Positions 1 through 9,453 are shown, counted from the first letter of the stretch. The stretch: 39,612 nt of DNA from Deltaproteobacteria bacterium UBA796 (GCA_002296975.1 DBIS01000240.1:1-39612); one strand, 5' to 3'. Translations and numbers: made by a program. The notes: a model not told the origin generated them from the letters alone.

Positions 1-90
1 TGAGCGCCCACCCTCTCGCGTGTCCTCATCCTCTCCATCGCGCTGCCAAGGAGGCTTCCCACCATTTCCGTTCTTATTCATGGCTGCGCT

Positions 91-801
91 CTAACGACCC
101 GGCCGCCTCTCTGCGCGTACTTGGGTGTCGTTTCGTAGATCTTTCAACACCACAGCATCAGTTCCATAGACCCAACCTGCGCGTGGATGTGCCATCGGTG
201 GCCCGAGCCCACCCGGATTTATCACCAAACAGTTCCCAACTTGCCCAACCCCGTGGGCCTCGTGAATATGCCCAAAAACCGCCACACCTGACATCGCTTC
301 CAGTCGCTCCGCCACCGCCTTTGACCCCACGTGAGCCCCAGACGGTAGCCGATCAAAGTCCGTATTGAGCGCTGGACAATGACTGAGCAAAATATCGGCG
401 ACCGGCAACTTAAGCGTCCGCACATCCGCCTCATCCCACTCATAGCAAAAGCCCATTTTATCTGGTCCAGCACCACCGATTCCCGCGACCACCAAGCCAC
501 CCACAGTCCGACTGCTACCATCGATATTTCCTGAAAAACTCAAGCTCGGGTGATCATGATTGCCTGGCACATATAAAATCTCAACACCCAGGCCCGCCAC
601 AGTCTTAAAAACCCGGTCGACCGCCAGCAAATACTCCACGCGACGCTCATTATTTTGCTGATGACCCCGCCCCGCACAACAAAAGTCGCCGACCAACAAC
701 ACCCCATCTAATTTTGGCCCAGTGGCCAAAGCATCGAGAACTGTATCGAGCAGAGGCCAACTGGCGTGAATATCGCCAATGACCCCAAATACTGCGCTCA
801 A
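91..801 (-). CDS. Calcineurin-like metallophosphoesterase
   Basis: All classic MPE motifs are present in order: GDIH, VGDF, GNHDH, LSHCP, GHIHEAHG. The start is TTG at 801, overlapping the TGA of the upstream gene (TTGA). Confidence 0.8.
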   Translation of the reverse strand: MSAVFGVIGDIHASWPLLDTVLDALATGPKLDGVLLVGDFCCAGRGHQQNNERRVEYLLAVDRVFKTVAGLGVEILYVPGNHDHPSLSFSGNIDGSSRTVGGLVVAGIGGAGPDKMGFCYEWDEADVRTLKLPVADILLSHCPALNTDFDRLPSGAHVGSKAVAERLEAMSGVAVFGHIHEAHGVGQVGNCLVINPGGLGPPMAHPRAGWVYGTDAVVLKDLRNDTQVRAERRPGR

Positions 802-1205
802 AGGACGGGCTTTATCTGCATCAAACCGTACACTGTCACGATGATCACCAACTGCACCGCTGCGCCAATCATCAACTTGGATGAGGCTGAGTCACCGTCA
901 ATCACGGCCTGAAGCTCTGGGCCAATCAAGCGCTTGCCGGCCACTTCGACGCCGCCCCAAAAGAGAATACCAGCGATCATCCAAGGGTGAGCAAAGCTGT
1001 GACCACCGGTGATCGCGACGCCAAAGCCAGCCGCATAAATCAGGCGACCCAGCATCAACACGCCGAATTTGTGGTTTTTCGCCATCAGCATGGCCAGACT
1101 TGGTTTTGAAGCTGCGCCCAAAACCGAGAGAATCATCCCAATCAAAGCGGTAAGCACCAAAAGGTGCGCGAGGTTCATGTGCAAATGGTGCATTCCGGTC
1201 GACAT
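798..1205 (-). CDS. Small polytopic membrane protein with His-rich N-terminus (unknown function)
   Basis: 135 aa with about four hydrophobic segments. N-terminus is MSTGMHHLHMNLAH, and there is an internal GGHSFAHPW. Lies between the VWA gene and the phosphoesterase on the same strand, overlapping the latter. Confidence 0.6.
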   Translation of the reverse strand: MSTGMHHLHMNLAHLLVLTALIGMILSVLGAASKPSLAMLMAKNHKFGVLMLGRLIYAAGFGVAITGGHSFAHPWMIAGILFWGGVEVAGKRLIGPELQAVIDGDSASSKLMIGAAVQLVIIVTVYGLMQIKPVL

Positions 1206-1231
1206 AATTAAGCTCCTTGGCCCCGATTAGC

Positions 1232-3532
1232 CTATCTGGAGGTGAGCCGCCGGTAGATGGTGGGAAGTTGCATGGGTAAAGCGGCAACAGAGTCGATGAT
1301 GATGTAGCCACCCTCCCCGTACATCTCTCGTAGATAGCCCCGCCCATATGGGTCGACGGTGATGCAAAACGGATGCACCCCCGCCGCTTTGGCCTCGGCC
1401 AAGGCCATCTTGGTATCGGCTTGAGCGTATTCATCACTGTATTGATCGCAGCCACAATCAAGCGGCTTTCCGTCGGACAGCAAAATCAAGAGCTTCACCT
1501 TGGCCGGCCCACGCTCAAGCTTGGCCACGGCGTGACGAATCGCCGCACCATCGCGATTTTCCATTTTCCAATTGAGCCTACCTATGCGCTCAGCGACACG
1601 ACCATCCCAAGGATCGTCAAACGCTTTGGCCACATAAAAGGCCACGCTGTGACGGCCAAAACCCGAATAGCCGTAAATCGCGAGCGGGTCCCCCAAGGCC
1701 ACAATGGCCTCTGCAGCCACCACCAAAGCCTCTCGCTCTACATCAATGATTTTTTTGGAAGCCGTATTGATATGTTCGTTTGTCGACGAGGACATATCCA
1801 CCAAAAAAGCAACAGCGACATCCCGTTGGTTTCGGCGCCTCGAACGGTACACACCCGCAGGCCCAGAGACCCCAGCTTTACGGGCCATTCGTGCGGCGAT
1901 CACCGCGTCCATATCGAGCTCCTCACCGTCGGCTAATCCCCGCTTGAAGCGCATGGCCTCCGGCCGTAAGGCCTCGAACGTACGGCGAAGATCCGCAATT
2001 AAGCCACCATATTCGGATATCACGCCCGAAACAAACTCTGCGCTGCCACCGGCCAAAGCAAACTCGCTCACCGTCGTCCAATCGGGCTTATATTCTCCGA
2101 GAATATGGTCCCACTCCGGATAGCGAAACCGGAGAACTTGGGCCTCGGGGTCGACATCTGGGTCGTGACGAAGATCTCGGCCCACCAATCCCACATCATC
2201 CTCTTTCGCCATCGGTCCGCCAGGTGCCTCAAGACGGTCTAAAAAGTCCGACATCTCGGCATAGCTGAGCCCATCAACGTCTTGAGACAACACTGTTTTC
2301 CGTGCACGCTCAATGCCATCTTCTCCACCCAAACGCCGAAGCAAATCAGCCGCCGACGCCTCCACGGCCTTGTCTGCATCGCTCATGGCCTGAGGACGAA
2401 AACCAAAGTCGGGACTCACCATGGGCCCTGTGGCAGAAGCCATCAACCCCCGAATATGGCGATAGCCAGCGACCATCGCCGCCACACTCCCATTGACGCC
2501 AACGCCCCCGGGGTTGTCCGCCAAAACACGGTCCGCCACACCATTCGCTTCCCCATCAGACACCGGCAAACCGTCGAGTTTAGCCGCCACAGCAGCGAGC
2601 GCTTTGTCCACTGCCGAATCACCCCAATTTCCTCGCCCCGTGAGCGCCGAATCCAAGGTGTCAATGCGCCGAGCAACCCCCGGATAGACCAACCGAAGCT
2701 TCGCCTCCACGCGCGCCCGCTCAAAAATCAAAAACAATGCGCTGGCCACCGATGGATTATCAAACCCACGGACCATGCGCTCAAATGGCATTTCATCGGG
2801 CCGGGCCGTCGGCCAGGGACCACTCACCTGGTTGAGATCGATATTCAAAGACCCAAACTCGATAAATCCCGCAGCACGCGCGGTGGCCACCCAGTAGGCA
2901 GTCTCGTCTCGCTCATCGTTAAATATATCGATTCGCTCAGGAAGATAAAGATGTCGGCCATCGGTAAATGCGTGCTCGCCCCCGGGCATTATTCGTACAG
3001 CAGCACCACAATGGGCCTGAGCATACAAACTGAGGGAGCGAATCATGCTCACCAAACTTGTGCCGGTTTTCCCCTCATTCGCCACCACATGGGCGGTCGC
3101 GGACTCCATTTTTAGAAATGCCGACGCCCTTTGAGGCGATGTCTCATGCTGTTGAAGTGCTGTGGCCACAAAAGCGGCCAAGGCGCCGTCGTCAAGGGCC
3201 TCCAACAAGGCGGGCAAATGGGTCGCAATCAACGGCGCCGCCGGGTGCGCCTGCTCCAACACCCCGACCATTATCTGATGAAATCGAGGCCTGTTTTTTG
3301 GCCCAACCGTCGCCAATATGTCCGGAAGCGACTCAGCGAGCGCTCGAGCGACCATAGGCTGACCGGCTGCGACCAACAGTAATCGCGTGTAAACCTGAGC
3401 AACATCAGGCCCCAAAGCCTCGGTGACCGCACGGACATGACGCAGCCACACCCGCGCAGTGCCCCCTCGAGACTGAGACAAATCACGCAAAGCCTGGCGC
3501 GAAATCTGTCGGGTCCACCAAGGCCTCCCCAT
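1232..3532 (-). CDS. CbbO/NorD-type VWA-domain activation protein
   Basis: 766 aa with a C-terminal von Willebrand A domain and MIDAS-like motif (VAFLVDMSSSTN). Its size and its position directly after a CbbQ/NorQ ATPase are typical. Its ATG overlaps the upstream stop (TAATG). Confidence 0.85.
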   Translation of the reverse strand: MGRPWWTRQISRQALRDLSQSRGGTARVWLRHVRAVTEALGPDVAQVYTRLLLVAAGQPMVARALAESLPDILATVGPKNRPRFHQIMVGVLEQAHPAAPLIATHLPALLEALDDGALAAFVATALQQHETSPQRASAFLKMESATAHVVANEGKTGTSLVSMIRSLSLYAQAHCGAAVRIMPGGEHAFTDGRHLYLPERIDIFNDERDETAYWVATARAAGFIEFGSLNIDLNQVSGPWPTARPDEMPFERMVRGFDNPSVASALFLIFERARVEAKLRLVYPGVARRIDTLDSALTGRGNWGDSAVDKALAAVAAKLDGLPVSDGEANGVADRVLADNPGGVGVNGSVAAMVAGYRHIRGLMASATGPMVSPDFGFRPQAMSDADKAVEASAADLLRRLGGEDGIERARKTVLSQDVDGLSYAEMSDFLDRLEAPGGPMAKEDDVGLVGRDLRHDPDVDPEAQVLRFRYPEWDHILGEYKPDWTTVSEFALAGGSAEFVSGVISEYGGLIADLRRTFEALRPEAMRFKRGLADGEELDMDAVIAARMARKAGVSGPAGVYRSRRRNQRDVAVAFLVDMSSSTNEHINTASKKIIDVEREALVVAAEAIVALGDPLAIYGYSGFGRHSVAFYVAKAFDDPWDGRVAERIGRLNWKMENRDGAAIRHAVAKLERGPAKVKLLILLSDGKPLDCGCDQYSDEYAQADTKMALAEAKAAGVHPFCITVDPYGRGYLREMYGEGGYIIIDSVAALPMQLPTIYRRLTSR

Positions 3533-4344
3533 TAAAAGAAGTCCGCGACCACCGCCTGTATTGTGGCGGCCATATCCGGGTCGTCGGTAAGCGCAGCAGA
3601 CAGTGCGGCGGCGCAGGCCTCTTGTGGGGCGCTACCCTGCGCTATCAACAAGCCTGCATAAATCAGCAAACGGGTCGACACCCCCTCAACCAGTCCCCGG
3701 TCGGTCAGGTTGCGCACCCGGCCAGCGATGCCCACCAATGCTGCGGCGATTTTGATGTCGACCCCAGACTCCGTAACCACCACCTCAGCCTCAATTTCAG
3801 GGGGTGGATAGCAAAAGTCAAAGGCCACAAAACGTTGGCGCGTGGATGGCTTCAGGTCTTTCAATATCGACTGGTAGCCAGGGTTATAGCTGACCACGAG
3901 CATAAAACCTGGGGCCGCATTGAGCACAGCCCCCAGCTTGTCGATGTACAGTTGGCGCCGATGATCGGCGAGTGGATGAATGACCACCATGGTGTCCTTT
4001 CGGGCCTCGACCACCTCATCCAAATACAAAATAGCGCCCATCCGCACAGCCTGAGTGAGGGGCCCATCGAGCCAGACCATCTCATCGCCTTCAAGTACGT
4101 ATCGGCCCACCAAATCACTCGCGCTCAGGTCCTCATGACATGCCACGGTGATCAGCGGGCGATCGAGCTTGTGGGCCATATGGGCAACAAAGCGGGTCTT
4201 TCCGCAACCCGTCGGCCCCTTCAGCAGCACAGGGATCTGCGCCGCATGAGCGCGTTCAAAGCCCTCCACCTCGGCGCCCACGGCAACATAATAGGGTGCT
4301 TTTTCAATCTTAAATACAGAAGCTTCGGGACTAATTTGACGCAT
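3532..4344 (-). CDS. CbbQ/NorQ/NirQ-family MoxR-type AAA+ ATPase
   Basis: 270 aa. Walker A is [11 protein letters not shown], Walker B is ILYLDEV, and the family-typical stretch [20 protein letters not shown] is present. Confidence 0.9.
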   Translation of the reverse strand: MRQISPEASVFKIEKAPYYVAVGAEVEGFERAHAAQIPVLLKGPTGCGKTRFVAHMAHKLDRPLITVACHEDLSASDLVGRYVLEGDEMVWLDGPLTQAVRMGAILYLDEVVEARKDTMVVIHPLADHRRQLYIDKLGAVLNAAPGFMLVVSYNPGYQSILKDLKPSTRQRFVAFDFCYPPPEIEAEVVVTESGVDIKIAAALVGIAGRVRNLTDRGLVEGVSTRLLIYAGLLIAQGSAPQEACAAALSAALTDDPDMAATIQAVVADFF

Positions 4345-4395
4345 GCCGACAGACTATCACCCTCCGCTTTGCTACTCTGCTCCAAAGGAGAAAAA

Positions 4396-4959
4396 GTGAG
4401 CCAGCGTTGGTTAAATATCAAGTCCGTGATGGAGTTTTCTGTGACAGTCGATCGCATTGACTTTTTGATGGCAAACCCATCCCCAGTGTTGATCGCCGCC
4501 GAAATCCGCGATGGGAAATTGGTCCCATCCCCCTTGCCGGGGCGAAACTTGACCATGCATCACCTCAACGCGGCCACCATGGCCGAAGCACCACAAACCC
4601 AAACAAGCCCCGTTCGCTTCATGCCCGTCAGGCCGCCCCAAGCCGCCGAGGGCGCACATGGCAGCACATGGTTTAGCGTGGGCAGAACCATCGACAGCGA
4701 AATCGTGATCAACGATTACACCGTGTCAAAACAACATGCACGCATGAAAGAAGACCCGCCAACAGGACAGTTCATCGTCCAGGATTTGGGCTCTACCAAT
4801 GGCAGCTGGGTGAACAAGAAACGCCTTATCAAAGGCGATAGCCGCCCACTCAAAAGTGGAGATGCGTTGCGTTTTGGTCGCCATGTCTTCACTTTTTTGA
4901 ATGCCCGAGATTTTTACGGCTTTCTGAAGGACTTGGCCAGCACCGAGAGCCTTAGTTAA
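4396..4959 (+). CDS. FHA domain-containing protein
   Basis: C-terminal FHA signature: GRTIDSEIVINDYTVSKQHARM...VQDLGSTNGSWVNKKRL...GDALRFG. I chose GTG 4396 because AAGGAG sits 5-6 nt upstream. The longer track ORF from 3622 is antisense to the cbbQ-like gene. Confidence 0.8.
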   Translation: MSQRWLNIKSVMEFSVTVDRIDFLMANPSPVLIAAEIRDGKLVPSPLPGRNLTMHHLNAATMAEAPQTQTSPVRFMPVRPPQAAEGAHGSTWFSVGRTIDSEIVINDYTVSKQHARMKEDPPTGQFIVQDLGSTNGSWVNKKRLIKGDSRPLKSGDALRFGRHVFTFLNARDFYGFLKDLASTESLS

Positions 4960-4968
4960 TGCCCGTTG

Positions 4969-6210
4969 ATGCACCCAAGTCAAATCCTCAACACCGCCAT
5001 TGAAACCCATCACCCCGCCGCGGCAGCTTGCCTGTCAGCCCTGGGGCGGCGCATGTTTTTTCCGATTGGTATTCCAGCCCAGGCCGCACAAGCGAAGTCA
5101 GCCAAAATCAACGCGACCATCGGCCAGCTGACAAACGGCCATGGCGCCGCACTGCCGCTCGCTGCCATCGCGGACCACCTGCGAGACATCAGCCTCGAGG
5201 ACACGACGCTTTATTCACCTCAAGGCGGAAACAAGGCCTTGCGGGCCGCCTGGGGGGAACACCTGGCCAAAAAGGGCGATGGCCCGATGACATCTCCGTT
5301 TTGCACTGTCGGCCTCACCCACGGGCTGAGCCTATTGGCAGACTTGTTTGTCGATAATGATACCGATGTGATTTTACCGAGCCCAGGATGGGGAAATTAC
5401 GACCATATTTTCGGGGTAAAAGCTGGCGGACGCATCCACCGATACCCGGTGTTTGATGACGGAATTTTCGATCCGAACGCCATGAGCACGGCCCTCGAAA
5501 AAATCCAAAATAAAGGGGTGGTCCTTCTCAACTTTCCGGGCAACCCCACCGGATACACCCCCACACCCGAGCAACTGGCCCCGTGGCTTGAGGCGATTCG
5601 CAACTGCGAAAAGCCCATCGTGGTCATCTGCGACGACGCTTACGCTGGATTCGTCTATGAGCCTGGTCACCTCGACCGAAGCCCATTTCACGACCTCGCC
5701 GACGCCGACCCAAATCGGGTGCTGACGGTCAAAGTCGATGGCGCGACCAAAGAACTTTGCTTTTTTGGCGGCCGTGTGGGCTTTGTGAGCTTTGGGACAT
5801 CCGGCGAAGCTGGCCAAGCCCTGGACACCAAAATCAAAGGCATGGCCAGAGCGACCGTGTCCACCGGTCCCGCGGTTTCTCAAGCATTGGTCCTGAGCGC
5901 ACTCAACTCCCCAGACCTCGCGAAACAACAAGCCGACATCTTCGCCCTGAGCCTTAAGCGATACCGCAGTCTCAAACGCTGTTTGGCTGAGGCGAAAATT
6001 GACACCCTCCCATTTAACAGCGGATTTTTCGCCCTCATCCCCGTAAAAGGCGACCCAGAAACCCTGCGCCTCAACCTCTTAAATGACGGTGTCGGCGTGG
6101 TCGCCTTCCCTCAACACGGAGCCATTCGGGTGGCCTTTTCATCGATCGCAAACGACGATATTCCCAAGCTGGTGAACGCCCTCGCCAAACACATTGAGCG
6201 ACAAATATGA
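4969..6210 (+). CDS. Class I/II PLP-dependent aminotransferase
   Basis: Motifs LNFPGNPTGYTP, VICDDAYAGF, and GATKELCFFGGRVGF (putative PLP lysine plus Arg). ATG at 4969 lies 10 nt after the FHA stop. The track gives TTG 4966. Confidence 0.85.
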   Translation: MHPSQILNTAIETHHPAAAACLSALGRRMFFPIGIPAQAAQAKSAKINATIGQLTNGHGAALPLAAIADHLRDISLEDTTLYSPQGGNKALRAAWGEHLAKKGDGPMTSPFCTVGLTHGLSLLADLFVDNDTDVILPSPGWGNYDHIFGVKAGGRIHRYPVFDDGIFDPNAMSTALEKIQNKGVVLLNFPGNPTGYTPTPEQLAPWLEAIRNCEKPIVVICDDAYAGFVYEPGHLDRSPFHDLADADPNRVLTVKVDGATKELCFFGGRVGFVSFGTSGEAGQALDTKIKGMARATVSTGPAVSQALVLSALNSPDLAKQQADIFALSLKRYRSLKRCLAEAKIDTLPFNSGFFALIPVKGDPETLRLNLLNDGVGVVAFPQHGAIRVAFSSIANDDIPKLVNALAKHIERQI

Positions 6211-7673
6211 ACAAACAACTCAAATTAGGCATCCTCATCTTGGTGATGGTCAACATCGCGATTGTGGGCTGGCTTCAACTCAAGGGTGAGCCCGCCTCCA
6301 CCCAGACATCCAAACCAAACCTGCTCGCCGACTTGCTCCAAGACAACACCATGGAAGCGGCGCGCTATGACCTGAGCCAACAGGCTGACACGCTCAACGT
6401 CATCTTGATTTCAATGGACGCCCTCCGCTACGACCGCACATCTTTGAATGGAAAAAATCCAAGCCTCACCCCAAACCTAAGCGCCTTCGCCGACGAAGCT
6501 GTGGTCTTTCACGACGCCACCGCCGCCGCACCATGGACCTTGCCCTCTACCATGTCGATTTGGACCGGCAGGTGGCCCTCTGTTCATCAAATCACAAACA
6601 AACTCTCGCCCCTCTCTGGCGGGAAAATGATCGAAACATCCTTGAGCGCCGGCATTCAGACTTTCCCAGACCTGCTCATTCGGAGCGGGCGTAAAGCTGC
6701 AGGATTTACCGGCGGGGCAGGCGTGCAAGGCAAATACGGCTTTAGCCGCGACTTCGACACCTATTTGGACGACCAATATTTCGGGGGCCTCGACCACGCC
6801 CTCCCTGCTGCACTCGACTGGCTCGCAGATAACGCAGCCTCACCGTTTTTCTTGTTTTTGCACGGATATGATGTGCACGGCCAATACCCACTGGCACAAT
6901 CAAAACGGAGCTCCATCAGCTATTCTGGCGCCCTCGATGGCAGCAAAGAAGAACAGGCAAAACTCCGAGAAAAAGGCTTAGAAAACATCGTCAAGCCTGG
7001 CGACTCCGCGCACCTCAATGGTGAACTCAACGCTGAAGACACTGAATACTTGATGGCTGTTTACGACATCAAGGTACGAGATGCCGACGAGCGGCTGGGC
7101 AGCTTCTTGCCCCGCCTCAAGACCATGGGTTTATATGAAAAATCCGTGATCATCATTGTCTCGGACCACGGCGACGAGTTTATGGAACACGGCGGCATCG
7201 ACCACGGTGCCACCTTGTACCAAGAGCAGCTGCACGTGGTCTCCATGATTCGCTTTCCTGGCTACGGGCGACGACAAAATGTCACCGCCCCCGTCCGCAC
7301 CATCGATATGTTCCCGACTGTGTTTGACGCCCTCGGCATCGAAGGGCCAGCCCGGGTGGACGGGGTGAGTTTGCTCCCCTTGCTTCGGGGTGAAGACCTA
7401 AAACTCGATGTGTACGCGGAGTCCGATTATCGACTGTTCGTCCATCAGCGCATGGTTCGTCAAGGCCCACACAAGCTAATTTTAGACATGCTCGACGGCG
7501 GGCGAGAGTTGTACAACCTGAGCGACGATCCCTCGGAGTCCAAAGACATCAGTTCCCAAGACCCCCGTAGAACCTATGAAATGGAGCAAAATCTTCGCCG
7601 TTGGATGGACACATCAAAGACCAATCCACAAGATTATTTGGGCCTCGAAGAACAGCCCATCCAGATCTTCTGA
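6207..7673 (+). CDS. Membrane-anchored sulfatase-fold (alkaline phosphatase superfamily) enzyme with Thr at the nucleophile position
   Basis: N-terminal TM helix (LGILILVMVNIAIVGWL). Sulfatase-fold blocks NVILISMDALRYD, TPNLSAFADEAVVF and IIVSDHGDEFMEHGG are present. TLPST occupies the position of the C/S-x-P-x-R formylglycine motif. The start overlaps the previous stop (ATGA). Confidence 0.85.
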   Translation: MNKQLKLGILILVMVNIAIVGWLQLKGEPASTQTSKPNLLADLLQDNTMEAARYDLSQQADTLNVILISMDALRYDRTSLNGKNPSLTPNLSAFADEAVVFHDATAAAPWTLPSTMSIWTGRWPSVHQITNKLSPLSGGKMIETSLSAGIQTFPDLLIRSGRKAAGFTGGAGVQGKYGFSRDFDTYLDDQYFGGLDHALPAALDWLADNAASPFFLFLHGYDVHGQYPLAQSKRSSISYSGALDGSKEEQAKLREKGLENIVKPGDSAHLNGELNAEDTEYLMAVYDIKVRDADERLGSFLPRLKTMGLYEKSVIIIVSDHGDEFMEHGGIDHGATLYQEQLHVVSMIRFPGYGRRQNVTAPVRTIDMFPTVFDALGIEGPARVDGVSLLPLLRGEDLKLDVYAESDYRLFVHQRMVRQGPHKLILDMLDGGRELYNLSDDPSESKDISSQDPRRTYEMEQNLRRWMDTSKTNPQDYLGLEEQPIQIF

Positions 7674-7727
7674 AAGCCCACTGGGCATACAGAGGCTCTC
7701 AAGGCTATAATAGCCAGGGAATATATT

Positions 7728-7743
7728 GGCGTGTTCACACGCC
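7728..7743 (+). promoter_or_regulatory. Small perfect hairpin (6-bp stem, 4-nt loop) in the 106-bp gap before the radical SAM gene; TATAAT at 7706-7711 lies just upstream
   Basis: The sequence ggcgtg ttca cacgcc was read directly. TATAAT is a perfect -10 hexamer, but I found no good -35. Confidence 0.25.
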
Positions 7744-7779
7744 GTACGCTTTATTATTGCTCAACCCGTAGGGGCACCC

Positions 7780-9453
7780 ATGGCCTACAAGCCTTCTCTT
7801 GCCGAATTTCTTTACACCGACGCCAATACCGATGTAGACACGACTTATCGCGAGTTGATGTCCGGCCAAGACCAAAGTCCAGTCAGCACCAACACCGCCA
7901 AGCCCCGATTCACCTTGATCGTTGGGCCCTCGCCCTTCTCGATGCCCAGAGGCTGGGAGTTCTTTTTGACCTCGCCATACGAGGGCGCCACCTACATCTC
8001 AACCGTGCTTCACAACGCGGGCTACCCGGTACGCATCATCGATGTTCGCTTTACGCCCGACCCGCTCGAGTCTGCGCTGGAGCAGATCAAAGAGGGCACC
8101 GATGTGCTCGGCGTGTGCACCTTTGAAGACAACTTTCCTTTCTGTCGTGAGCTGATCAACCGAACCAAGGCCGAGATGCCACATGTGCCCATCATCGCCG
8201 GTGGGTCATTGGTGACCTCGGTACCTGAGCTGTTCATGCAGACAACCGCCACCGATGTTGCCGTGATCTCCGAAGGTGAGATCACCATCCTCGAGTTGAT
8301 GGACAAGTTCACCGATGGCCGGTGGCGCACCGAAGATTTGGCCTCCGTCCGCGGCATTTGGTACACCAGCGATGAGGGCGAGCTCAAGTCCACCCCACCC
8401 CGTGGCCAAATGATGGACCTCAACGCCCTACCAAAGATGAACCTCGACCTTTGGCCGCAAAGTCAATCCGAGATGGGCTTGCAGCCCCAAATCATCGCCT
8501 CGTACAGCCGCGGCTGCAAGATGGACTGTTCCTTTTGTTACCGCACAACGCCCCAAGAACGCGCGAAATCCCCCGAAAAGCTCGATGAGGAGTTGACCGA
8601 GCTGAAGGCCAAGTACAATGTTGAGTTCATCTTCTTTGTCGACTTGACCTTTACCAGTCACAAGCGCCAGAGCATCGAGATCATGGATGTCATCAAAAAG
8701 CATGACATCGGATGGACCTGCTTGACCCGATGTGCCGACGTCGATGCCGAACGTGCCACCGCCATGAAAGAATCTGGCTGCGACATCGCACTGTTTGGCG
8801 TGGAGTCCCTCGGAAAGGAAGTGCTGAAAGAGGCCCGTAAAGGCAACACTGAGAACACCACCATCCGTGCCCAGCGCACAGTTGAAGAGGTCGGGGTTCG
8901 CTTTGGAGGGCTCACCATCGTGGGACTTCAAAATGAGACCGAAGACTCTTTGGACCATATGTGTCAGTGGGCAGAGGAGAACAACCACATCACACGGGTG
9001 AAATACCTCTCCTTGATGCCAGGCACGACCGTTTACAAAGAAGGCGTCGAAAATGGGCTGTTCAAGTCTGAGATTGACCACCTAAACTGGCTGAGCATCG
9101 AGCAAGCACTGCACGAAGATGAGTTCATCAACGTCAACGCCCTGCCCGAAGACGTCATGCGGGACGCATACAAGCGTTTGTACGACGCCTACCAGCCTGG
9201 GCCAGTGATGGACTTCACCCACTATCCTCAGCATTTTGAGTTTCATCAGCCCAACACCGATGACGGTAAAACCAACTGCACCAATTATGCAGGCGCAGAA
9301 TGGCGGGCCGAATGGTCCTCTGCAGCACCACCGCTTGTACCGGGATCTGAGCAATACACCTTGGATAAATGTGGCCCAGCCGGTGCTGCCGAGATGGGTG
9401 CGACCACCATGGTGAGCGGCGCCAAGCGCATGGAGCCCGGCGCGGCGAAATAA
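7780..9453 (+). CDS. B12-binding domain radical SAM protein
   Basis: N-terminal cobalamin-binding-like Rossmann region (FTLIVGPSPFSMPRGWEFF...YPVRIIDVRF) followed by the CxxxCxxC cluster motif (GCKMDCSFCYR). ATG 7780 is preferred over the track TTG 7726. Confidence 0.85.
   Translation: MAYKPSLAEFLYTDANTDVDTTYRELMSGQDQSPVSTNTAKPRFTLIVGPSPFSMPRGWEFFLTSPYEGATYISTVLHNAGYPVRIIDVRFTPDPLESALEQIKEGTDVLGVCTFEDNFPFCRELINRTKAEMPHVPIIAGGSLVTSVPELFMQTTATDVAVISEGEITILELMDKFTDGRWRTEDLASVRGIWYTSDEGELKSTPPRGQMMDLNALPKMNLDLWPQSQSEMGLQPQIIASYSRGCKMDCSFCYRTTPQERAKSPEKLDEELTELKAKYNVEFIFFVDLTFTSHKRQSIEIMDVIKKHDIGWTCLTRCADVDAERATAMKESGCDIALFGVESLGKEVLKEARKGNTENTTIRAQRTVEEVGVRFGGLTIVGLQNETEDSLDHMCQWAEENNHITRVKYLSLMPGTTVYKEGVENGLFKSEIDHLNWLSIEQALHEDEFINVNALPEDVMRDAYKRLYDAYQPGPVMDFTHYPQHFEFHQPNTDDGKTNCTNYAGAEWRAEWSSAAPPLVPGSEQYTLDKCGPAGAAEMGATTMVSGAKRMEPGAAK

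Noticed and set aside
1232-4344. RuBisCO activase (CbbQO) or nitric oxide reductase activation (NorQD) assignment
   Set aside because: Family membership is clear. However, no cbbL/S, norC/B or other known client gene is in the window, so a specific gene symbol or function would be unsupported.
3622-4395. N-terminal 258-aa extension of the track ORF 3622-4959
   Set aside because: It is antisense to the CbbQ/NorQ gene. The FHA protein has a good GTG start with AAGGAG at 4396, and the extension has no domain content.
7674-7779. Cobalamin riboswitch or RiPP precursor peptide upstream of the B12-radical SAM gene
   Set aside because: The gap is only 106 nt, too short for a cobalamin riboswitch, and contains no ATG. 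The 60-nt gap before the second rSAM gene is also too short.
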